64,000 nt of DNA from Opitutus sp. GAS368. Its GTDB lineage: Bacteria > Verrucomicrobiota > Verrucomicrobiia > Opitutales > Opitutaceae. The position numbers and the translations under genes were made by a program. The notes beneath the pieces were generated by a model. That model worked only from the letters and a program-made list of their open reading frames with translations, was not told the DNA's origin and did no database searches. Positions 10,734 through 19,500 of this stretch are shown here, in pieces; positions within the stretch are counted from its first letter, which is position 1, and each line of letters opens with the position of its first letter. The stretch is from contig CAMAVZ010000001.1 in assembly GCA_945861645.1 (NCBI GenBank), positions 77,606-141,605 of the forward strand. Direction: 5' to 3'.

Positions 10734-12317
10734 GTGTCGAAGCACTTAAAAAACATCAGCGTTATCGCGACAGCTACGGTGGTGTCGCGGGTGTTGGGCT
10801 TAGGGCGAGAAATGATGATTGCGGCGGTGTTCGGTACGAGCGCGCTGAGCTCTGCATTTGTTTCGGCTTTTACCTTACCCAATCTTTTTCGTCGCTTACT
10901 CGGGGAAGGGGCGCTCACGGCGGCGTTTGTGCCGACCTTAAGCCAAGAATTGGAACACTCTCAGCGAGCTGGGGCTTTCACTCTCGTCAGTAAGGTGACG
11001 AGTTGGCTGTTAGTGGTGACGGCGGGCGTGGTGGCCTTGGCGATGCTGGGATTAGCCAATGCCGGTTTATTTTTGCGGCTGCTGGGTCCGCTTGGGTTGT
11101 CCTCGGCGACGGCGCAGCGTTTATTGTTAGGCGCTGATCTCGCGGTTTTTTTATTCCCCTACTTGGTGCTGGTTTGTCTCGCGGCGGCCTTCAGCGCCGC
11201 TTGCCAGGTGCTGGGGCGATTTACTGAGCCCGCGCTCTCCTCCATTTGGTTGAATCTGGCGATCATGGGGGCGCTGGGTTTGGGGGGCTGGTGGGCTTGG
11301 GGCGATGCGGCGCGAATTAATTTACTCTGCGGTGGGGTGCTTGTCGGGGGATTTTTTCAAATGGCGGTGCCCGCTTTAGTTCTTTGGCAAGAGGGCTGGC
11401 GCCCCCGTTTTGATTTGCGGCCGGATGATCGCGTGCGGGCAATTGTGCGGTTGATGGGGCCGACGGTAATTGGCTCCGCCATTTATCTGATCAATATTTC
11501 AGTTTCCCGCTTCATCGGGCTGTCCCTCAATGATCAGGCGGCCGCCGTGCTTAATTGGGCAACGCGGGTGATGGAGTTGCCCCTTGGGGTCTTTACGGCG
11601 GCGATTACGACCGTGATTTTTCCCCTGATTGCCCGCCATGCGGCGCGAGCTGACTGGGATAAATTAGGGGAAGATTATCACAAAGGCCTGCGATTGGTAT
11701 TGGTCCTGAACGTGCCGGCGGCAATTGGGCTCGCCTTGTTGAGCCAGCCGATCGTGCGATTATTATTTCAGCGGGGAGCTTTTCAGTCGAGCGATACGGC
11801 TTTGATGGCCCCCCTATTGGCGGTGTATGCGCTCGGTTTGCCGTTTTTAGCTTTCACCACCGTGGCGCTGCGGGGCTTTTATGCCTTGCAGGATATGGCC
11901 ACGCCCGTGCGCGCGGCCTTATTAAGTTTTGTGGTTAATTTTATTTTGAGCATCGCGCTCATGGCGTGGCTTTCAACGGTGGGACTGGCATTGGCCAGCA
12001 CCTTGGCGGTCGTGGCGCAGGCGTGGTTTTTGCAATCTCGGCTCACGCGCCAGCTGGCCGGGCTGGGGTTTGCGCCCTTGCTGCCTAATTTATTTAAAAT
12101 CGCGATTGCCAGTGGCTTGATGGGCGTCGTCGTGTGGGGCGGTCTGCGCGCGCTGGCGGCACTCGCGCTTTCGAGCCAGCGTCACGATTGGCTGGTGGTG
12201 GGCGGTTTAATTCCTGTCGCCGGGCTCGTTTACGGCGCGCTCCTTTGGCTGTTCAAAATCGAAGGTCGGGCTGAGCTCGCGGCGCTGCTGGCCAAGGTCA
12301 GAGCTAAATTTGCGTGA
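10734..12317 (+). CDS. murJ: Lipid II flippase MurJ (MviN)
   Basis: SRVLGLGRE, AFTLPNLFRRLLGEGAL, many TM helices, LFQRGAF. Confidence 0.95.
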   Translation: MSKHLKNISVIATATVVSRVLGLGREMMIAAVFGTSALSSAFVSAFTLPNLFRRLLGEGALTAAFVPTLSQELEHSQRAGAFTLVSKVTSWLLVVTAGVVALAMLGLANAGLFLRLLGPLGLSSATAQRLLLGADLAVFLFPYLVLVCLAAAFSAACQVLGRFTEPALSSIWLNLAIMGALGLGGWWAWGDAARINLLCGGVLVGGFFQMAVPALVLWQEGWRPRFDLRPDDRVRAIVRLMGPTVIGSAIYLINISVSRFIGLSLNDQAAAVLNWATRVMELPLGVFTAAITTVIFPLIARHAARADWDKLGEDYHKGLRLVLVLNVPAAIGLALLSQPIVRLLFQRGAFQSSDTALMAPLLAVYALGLPFLAFTTVALRGFYALQDMATPVRAALLSFVVNFILSIALMAWLSTVGLALASTLAVVAQAWFLQSRLTRQLAGLGFAPLLPNLFKIAIASGLMGVVVWGGLRALAALALSSQRHDWLVVGGLIPVAGLVYGALLWLFKIEGRAELAALLAKVRAKFA

Positions 12318-12377
12318 GGGGCCGTGCTGGTTAAGCTTGGCCAGAAAATTAAACCTGCCGTCGGTCTATTTTAAATT

Positions 12378-12659
12378 ATGCCTATGCCTGAAATTCTGCA
12401 CCATGTCGCGGCGCACCGCTACGCAGTAACCGTTGATGGTCACTGGGCGGTTTGTGACTACCTGCTTACGGACGGGCGGATGATCTTCACGCATACGCTG
12501 GTTCCACCTGAATTGCGGGGGCAGGGTCGGGCGGAGCAACTCGTGCGTCGGGGATTGGCTGATGCCCGTGCGGCTGGTCGCCAAGTCGTGCCCGCTTGCT
12601 CTTACGTGGCAAAATTTATCAAAAGGAATGCGGAATTTCAGGATCTCCTAGCCGGCTAG
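12378..12659 (+). CDS. Small GNAT-family protein (YjdJ-like)
   Basis: FTHTLVPPELRGQGRA...VVPACSYVA. Confidence 0.88.
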   Translation: MPMPEILHHVAAHRYAVTVDGHWAVCDYLLTDGRMIFTHTLVPPELRGQGRAEQLVRRGLADARAAGRQVVPACSYVAKFIKRNAEFQDLLAG

Positions 12660-12726
12660 GATGGAACATATTGTCTCCCGGCAGTTGGTTGTGCGGTCAA
12701 GCGGTGCACGGTTTTGAGTGGGCACA

Positions 12727-12756
12727 AAAAAACCCGCAGCCATGAGCCGCGGGTTG
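12727..12756 (-). terminator. Intrinsic terminator of rpmB
   Basis: Minus strand AACCCGCGGC-TCATG-GCTGCGGG followed by T7. Confidence 0.8.
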
Positions 12757-12771
12757 AAGAGGTGAAGGAGC

Positions 12772-13002
12772 TTAGGCCTTCTGCACGAGTCCGGCCTTGA
12801 TGGCCTTGACTGAGACCCACATGCGTTTGGTGCCACCGTTGGGCAGCTTGATCTTGATCCACTGCAGATTGGGGCGAAACAGCCGCGTCGTCAGGCTGGT
12901 GACGTGCGTGCCGATGCCTCCGCTCTTCTTGGATTGGCCTTTACGGTTAATAATTCTGCCCTTGGTGGGGCGTCTGCCGGTGATTGCGCAAATTCGTGCC
13001 AT
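12772..13002 (-). CDS. rpmB: 50S ribosomal protein L28
   Basis: MARICAITGRR...KSGGIGTHVT...RLFRPNLQ. Confidence 0.95.
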   Translation of the reverse strand: MARICAITGRRPTKGRIINRKGQSKKSGGIGTHVTSLTTRLFRPNLQWIKIKLPNGGTKRMWVSVKAIKAGLVQKA

Positions 13003-13088
13003 GGTGTTGCTTGAGTTAAAGGGTCGGAAGTAAAGGATCGTCCGACCGCTTAGCAAGGGCAATTTTGGTTTTCGGCCCTGGCGCAGCT

Positions 13089-14075
13089 TTATTTACGTAA
13101 AGCATAGAGGGCCTGAAACTTCTGGCCCATGTTGGCGGGGTGCATCAGCTGCATCAGCATGCGCTTTCTCGGACTGAAACTGCTCGTCTCGGTGGTGGTT
13201 ATGTGAGCGAGCACCTTGGCGGCATGGGCCATGAAAAAACTTTCTTGGGAGTCGACGCGAGTTTCCCCGAAACCGGCGCGGACTAGGCCATCTTCGAGCC
13301 AATCCCAGCAAATATGACAGGTGAGATCTTGTTTGCCAGGCCGCGCGAGGAGGTCGTTGCCCATTTTTTGGCGGTGGTAGGTGCGGCCGGTGCCGCTGGG
13401 GAGGTGTTCCGCGAGCTCAGGCCAGAATTTCCCGTAATCGAAGGCGATGAATAGCCCCTTCCAGTTGGGTCCAATGATGCGCTCTAAGATCGGAATAGTG
13501 CGCAGGGGCATATCGATGTGATAATTTTCCTCCGACTGTTTGGGGAGACGGTCGGTGTGGGCCGCGAGTTCAGGGGTTAATTCCGGTAACTCCACTTCCC
13601 GCAAGGTGCGGCCCGCTAAGGCGACGCCTAGCTCGCGCCAGCGCCCTTGGCGCCAGACAACCCGGTGAAAGGGTTGGGCATCGAAGAGTTCATTGGAAAA
13701 AACCACCGCGTTGGGCGGGAGGACAAAGGGCTGGCCGAGGGCAATGATCTGATAACTGCCAAAGGGGTGGGCGAGGTTCCGTAAAATGCCGCCGCCGGGT
13801 TCGGCGCCGATCTCAACAAACACAAAATCTGCCGGCTGGGCGGGGGCCAGCAGCTTAACGACCGCGGCGATCACGAGCTCGCCAAAGATCGGACTAAAGG
13901 TTGTAGAGGTGAAGAAATCCGCTTTGTCATCGCGGCCGACGCGCTTGAAGTTACGGGTGTAATAGCCCGCGGTCGGGTGATACATGGCCAGCTCCATGAA
14001 GCGGGCAAAAGACACGCCAGTGGCCGCCGTTGGCTCAGTAGCAAAGATTTCAAAAAAGTCGGAGGAGGAACCCAT
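13089..14075 (-). CDS. MidA/NDUFAF7-family SAM-dependent methyltransferase
   Basis: FARFMELAMYHP.GYY, DFFTS, VEIGA, SNELFDA, FDYG, PGKQDLTCH; start uncertain (ORF extends to 14117). Confidence 0.88.
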   Translation of the reverse strand: MGSSSDFFEIFATEPTAATGVSFARFMELAMYHPTAGYYTRNFKRVGRDDKADFFTSTTFSPIFGELVIAAVVKLLAPAQPADFVFVEIGAEPGGGILRNLAHPFGSYQIIALGQPFVLPPNAVVFSNELFDAQPFHRVVWRQGRWRELGVALAGRTLREVELPELTPELAAHTDRLPKQSEENYHIDMPLRTIPILERIIGPNWKGLFIAFDYGKFWPELAEHLPSGTGRTYHRQKMGNDLLARPGKQDLTCHICWDWLEDGLVRAGFGETRVDSQESFFMAHAAKVLAHITTTETSSFSPRKRMLMQLMHPANMGQKFQALYALRK

Positions 14076-14173
14076 TTGCCAATAGAGGCAAATGTGCCCA
14101 CTGAAAGCCATGACCAAACTATTTTTCGCGCAATTGCGGTCTGGGGCTAATCCCTGACCCGCCGTCCCCTGTT

Positions 14174-15433
14174 ATGTTTAAACGTATATTCTTCCTCGGG
14201 GCAGCAGTTTTGGCCAGTTATGGCCTCGGCCAATACGTGGCACACTCCGGGGCGCCCAGTTGGTGGCCGGACCGCACGCGGGACCAAAGCGTGCGCTATT
14301 ATCGGGAGGTGATACAATTAGTGCAGGCAGGTTACGTGGGGCAGGCGCCTGCCGACTACGAGGAGCTCACCCGGGCAGCCCTTGAGGGCATGGTCAAGAC
14401 TCTCGACCCGCATTCGCAATTTCTGCGGGCTGATGCTTTTCAGGAAACCGAGGATGAGTTAACGAATGCATTTGGTGGGGTGGGCATTCAGGTGGAACAG
14501 CGGGATGGGCAAATCGTCATTGTCACGCCAATCGCGGGCACGCCGGCTGAACGCGCGGGGATGTGGCGCGGGGATCGCCTGCTGCAAATTAATGGGGCCG
14601 TCTTAAAAAATCCGACGGTGGATAAAATTATCAAGCTGGTGCGCGGTGCACCCGAGACCGAGGTGGCCTTGACCGTTTTTCGCCCCAGTCAAAATCGCAG
14701 TCTGGAATTTAAGCTCAAGCGGGAGCGCATTCAGCTCAATAGCGTCCGCAACGCCGCTCATCACGCCGGCGGGATTGGCTATCTAGCGATTACCCAATTT
14801 AGCGAACGCACGGGCGATGAATTCAAGGCGGCGTTGACGGGCCTCGAGGCTGTGGGCTTACGGGCTTTGGTGATCGACCTACGCAATAATCCCGGCGGCT
14901 TGCTCGATGCGGCCATCGCCGTCTGCAACGAGTTTTTTGAACGCGATGAGCTCATCGTTTATACGCAAGGGCGCACGCCGGAGTCGCGGGAGAATTTTAA
15001 AGCGGATGGTCGGCACGTGCGCCGGACTTATCCCATGGCGATTCTCGTCAACGGCGACACGGCCAGCGCTGCCGAGATTGTTGCGGGGGCCATGAAAGAT
15101 ACGCGGCGAGCGTTCATTGTGGGCGAGAAAACCTTTGGTAAGGGTTCAGTCCAAAGTGTGATACCGTTGCGCCAGGGCGAAGGGTTGCGGCTGACGACAG
15201 CGCGTTATTATACGCCGAGTGGCATTACGATTCATGAGCGCGGCATTACCCCGCAGGTCGAACTGGAAATTTCCGCGGAAGATGAAGCCAAGTTGCGCGT
15301 GCAACACACGCGACTTGATCTGACGGCGGCCGCGGAATTTCATGAGCGGTTGGGCTTTGCGCGCATCGAGGATTGGCAACTCAACGCGGCGGAGGAAGTG
15401 CTGGCGGGGGTGCTCGTGGCGCAGAAAAAATGA
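14174..15433 (+). CDS. Carboxyl-terminal processing protease (S41A, PDZ domain)
   Basis: FGGVGIQ PDZ, DLRNNPGG, ASAAEIV, TFGKGSVQ, TTARYYTPSG. Confidence 0.93.
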   Translation: MFKRIFFLGAAVLASYGLGQYVAHSGAPSWWPDRTRDQSVRYYREVIQLVQAGYVGQAPADYEELTRAALEGMVKTLDPHSQFLRADAFQETEDELTNAFGGVGIQVEQRDGQIVIVTPIAGTPAERAGMWRGDRLLQINGAVLKNPTVDKIIKLVRGAPETEVALTVFRPSQNRSLEFKLKRERIQLNSVRNAAHHAGGIGYLAITQFSERTGDEFKAALTGLEAVGLRALVIDLRNNPGGLLDAAIAVCNEFFERDELIVYTQGRTPESRENFKADGRHVRRTYPMAILVNGDTASAAEIVAGAMKDTRRAFIVGEKTFGKGSVQSVIPLRQGEGLRLTTARYYTPSGITIHERGITPQVELEISAEDEAKLRVQHTRLDLTAAAEFHERLGFARIEDWQLNAAEEVLAGVLVAQKK

Positions 15434-15507
15434 TCAGCTTGTACTCATTCTGCCGCGGAGTGGGCTTGCGCGCCTCGCCTCGTCTCCACCAAATTAACGA
15501 CTAATCG

Positions 15508-16548
15508 ATGATTCTGGCGTTTGAAAGTTCCTGCGATGAGACCGCCGTTGCCTTGTTTGATCCGGGCTACGGCTTGGTGGGCGAGTGGGTGCATAGTCAA
15601 ATCACATTGCATGAAATTTATGGTGGCGTGGTCCCCGAGCTCGCCAGTCGTGAACATTTGCAGAATTTTGGTCCGCTGTTGCAGTTGGCGCTTGCGCAGC
15701 AGCCGGCCTCGGCCGTTACCAAAATTGCCGTAACCGCCGGTCCTGGGTTAGCCGCGTGCCTTGCGATGGGTTTAGCCACCGCTAAAAGTCTTGGCCTGGC
15801 TTGGCAGATTCCCGTGGTGGGGGTGAATCACCTCCGGGCTCATGCCTTTTCGCCCTTCTTGGCTTTGCACGCCGCGCACCCCACCACGTTTGACTCCGAG
15901 TTGGCTCGCTTGCTCCCGCAGCTGGGTTTGCTGGTGTCTGGGGGTAATACAATTTTACTTTCCATCGATGAATCGCGGCGGATTAAATTATTAGCGACCA
16001 CGCTGGATGATGCCGCGGGTGAAGCGCTGGATAAAGGCGCTAAACTCATGGGGCTCGGCTATCCGGGTGGACCCCAAGTAGAAAAATTGGCGGCGACTGG
16101 GCAGGCAACGGCCTTTGAATTTCCCAAGGCGGTGGCGCAAAATGCTTCGCTGGAATTTAGTTTTTCCGGACTCAAGACGAGCCTGCGTTATCAATTAGAA
16201 AAAATGCCCCCGGCCACCATTGAGCAACGGCGGCCTGATCTTTGTGCGAGTTATCAGCGGGCGGTTTTTGAGTCGCTGGTACGCAAGTCTCGGCTGGCGC
16301 TAGCGCGGGGTGCCTATCGCAGCTTTGGTTTGTCCGGGGGCGTGGCGAACAATCAGACGCTGCAGGCAGAATTGGGCAAGTTAGCGCGACAGCAGGGCGT
16401 CACTTTTTGCCGTGCCCAACCACCGCACACGGGCGATAATGCCGGCATGATCGCCTTCGCCGCTTGGGTGGAGCGGGAGGTCGGGGGGCTTAATGTATCC
16501 GGCCATGCGCTGGGCATTAACCCAAGCCAATCGCTCGTCGTGAAATAA
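15508..16548 (+). CDS. tsaD: tRNA N6-threonylcarbamoyladenosine transferase TsaD
   Basis: ESSCDET, GGVVPELASREH, VNHLRAH, VSGGNT, DDAAGEALDK, DNAGMIA. Confidence 0.95.
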   Translation: MILAFESSCDETAVALFDPGYGLVGEWVHSQITLHEIYGGVVPELASREHLQNFGPLLQLALAQQPASAVTKIAVTAGPGLAACLAMGLATAKSLGLAWQIPVVGVNHLRAHAFSPFLALHAAHPTTFDSELARLLPQLGLLVSGGNTILLSIDESRRIKLLATTLDDAAGEALDKGAKLMGLGYPGGPQVEKLAATGQATAFEFPKAVAQNASLEFSFSGLKTSLRYQLEKMPPATIEQRRPDLCASYQRAVFESLVRKSRLALARGAYRSFGLSGGVANNQTLQAELGKLARQQGVTFCRAQPPHTGDNAGMIAFAAWVEREVGGLNVSGHALGINPSQSLVVK

Positions 16549-16563
16549 AAAGCGCGCCGCGTT

Positions 16564-19500
16564 TCAGCGCCGCTTAACGCTCGGGCGGGCTAATTTTGCC
16601 CGGAGATACGGAGCGGTGGGGCTGCGCTTAACGTCTAATAAGTTGGCGAGTGGTCCTTGATAAATAATCTCGCCGCCGCGCGGTCCACCGCCGGGTCCGA
16701 GTTCGATGACGTAATCGGCTTCGGCCAGCAGATCGAGGTGATGTTCGATCACAATGACGCTATGGCCTTGCTCGACGAGATTGTGCAGCACGCGAATGAG
16801 CTTTTCGCAGTCACTCAGATGCAGCCCGATGGTGGGTTCCTCGAGCAGGTAGAGATTGCGCACCGTGAGATCATGCGAGCGTTCGCGAAAGCTCGGCAGG
16901 CCTTTCGCTAATTCTGTGACGAGTTTTAGCCGCTGCGCTTCCCCGCCGGAGAGTGAGGGGCTGCTTTGGCCCAAGGTCAGGTAACCCAATCCGCAATCGA
17001 TCATCAGTCGGCACACTTGCGAGAGCTGCGAGTGGAAATCAAAAAAGAGGGCGGCCTCATCGAAGGATAGGCGGAGCACTTGGCCGATGGTTTTATTTTT
17101 CCACGTAATGTCGGCTAGCTCTGGGCTATAGCGGGAGCCGTTGCAGTCATCGCAGGGCAGATAAGAATCTGGCATGAAGGCCATTTCCAATTTGATCCGG
17201 CCGGCTCCAGAGCAAGTCGCGCAACGGCCGCCCGCGGTATTGAAGGAAAAACGGCTGGCCGTGTAACCGCGCAGTTTGGACTCGGGGAGCGTCGCAAAAA
17301 ATTGTCGAATGAGATCAAAAATTCCGAGATAAGTTGCCGGCGTGGAACGCGGGGTCTTGCCGATGGGGTTTTGGTCAACCTCGATGACCGCCTTGAATTT
17401 ACTGACTCCCGTGAGTTGGGCAAAAGGCGGCGCCGGGTTGGCGGGCGTATTTTTGGCCTCCGCCGCAAATTTCGCCCAACGTACAAAATCTTTGCCGGTA
17501 AGCTTAGCTTTACGGTTTTGAATCGCGCAGTTCACCGCGGGGTCGAGAATATCGCGAAAGAGGGTCGATTTTCCCGCGCCGCTGGGACCGCAGACCATGA
17601 CGAGTCGACCGAGGGGCAGGCGCAGCGATTGGTTGCGCAGATTGCGATAGGTTATCCCCTTTAATTCCAGCCAGGCGACTGGGGCCGTGGGGGGCGCTGG
17701 CTGGCTCGCGGGACGTCGGCCCGCCAGTTTGATTAATTCTAGAGGGCGATATGCGCCGCGCAGCGGGTGGGTGATGCCTTGCTTGAGGTAACGCCCAGTG
17801 AGTGAGGCGGCATTTTTTTTAAGTTGAGCGGGCGAATCGTTAGCCAGGACGGCGCCGCCGTGAATCCCCGCCCCGGGCCCGAGGTCGATAATCCGATCAG
17901 CTCGTTTCATGAGGCCATCGTCATGTTCAACTACCAGGAGGGTATTCCCTTTGGCCCGCAGGGCTTCCAGCGTAGCGATGAGTTGATCATTATCGCGGGC
18001 GTGCAGTCCGATCGAAGGTTCATCGAGCACATAGAGCACCCCGGAGAGATTGGAGCCGAGCTGGGCCGCGAGACGAATGCGCTGGGCTTCTCCGCCCGAG
18101 AGGGTTTCGGTGGGTCGATCGAGTTCGAGATAATCAAGACCCACCGATCCAAGAAAACGGAGACGTTCGGCAATTTGCGGAATGATGTCTTGCGTGATGA
18201 GGCGGCCGCGGGCTTCGAGTTGCAGATTGCGCAGGGTGGCGAGCAACTGATCGGGCGTGAGCCGGCTTAAGGCGGGCAGCGTGATGGGGTCACCTTTTTT
18301 TAGCGGTAACTTGACGGCCCGCGCGATGCGGCTGAGGCGTTCGCCCTGACAAGTGGGGCAGAGTTGACCGTCGGCGGACGGATCATCGGGGTCGAAGGAG
18401 CGGAGGGCATCGACCACTTCCACTGGGCGCTCCTCTTCTTCATCGGGCTGCAACATCCAAGTGTAAATGTGGCCGTGGCCGCGGCAGGTGGGGCACCAGC
18501 CTTTGGGCGAATTAAAGGAAAAGTTTTTCGGATCGAGCGAGGGGAAGGACTCGCCCGAGGTGATGTCCGTGCGCGTGGTGGAAAACCAAGAAAGAATTTG
18601 GCCGTTGGGGGTGAGTAAGAAACAAGCGCCTTGGCCTAATTTTAGCGCGGTCGTGAGCGCGGTCGCCCGGCTGAGTGGTGGGGATGCTTTCAGATCGGCG
18701 ACGACCACTTCGATGTCATGTTCTTTGTAGCGATCGAGCTTCTGGAAGTTTTCGACGCGGCTGAGTCGGCCATCATTACGCATCAGTGAGTAGCCCTGTT
18801 TTTCGATCCACTGCGCAATGGGTTCGTGGTGACCTTTGCGGGCGCGAATGAGGGGGGCGCAGAGGTAGAGATGCTTCGCTTTACGTGCAGCCGGCTGGGC
18901 GATCACTTTTTCGAGGAGTCGCTGCAGCTGAATGGGGGTCAACGGCGTGACGGCGCGGCCGGTTTCCGGATGATGCTGCACGCCGAGACGGGCGTAGAGG
19001 AGGCGAAGATATTGAGCGACCTCGGTAATCGTCGCGACCGTAGATTTACGCGAGCCGCGGGTGCTGCGCTGTTCGATGGCGACGGTGGGAGGAATGCCCG
19101 TGAGTCGATCGATATCCGGCCGCGGCAGTTGCTCCACGAATTGGCGAGCATAGGGCGACATCGATTCCATGAAGCGCCGTTGGCCCTCGGCAAAAATAAT
19201 ATCAAACGCTAAGGTGGATTTGCCGGAGCCCGACACGCCGGTGACGACGGTGAGTTGGCGATGGGGAATGGTGAGCGAAATATTTTTTAGATTATTTTCC
19301 CGCGCCCCTATCACGGTCAACTCGGGCACCGCGCGTCGCGGGGTGGCGGCATAATGCGCGGCCGGCTCAGCTACGCGCCGCGCCGCGTCCGCTTGGTTGA
19401 ACTCACGATTGCTGAGCGCCACGCGGAGGAAAGGCGAAGTGGCGGTGGTTGCGTGGGCGAGATCCTCCGGGGTGCCGGCGAGCACAATCTGGCCGCCCTG

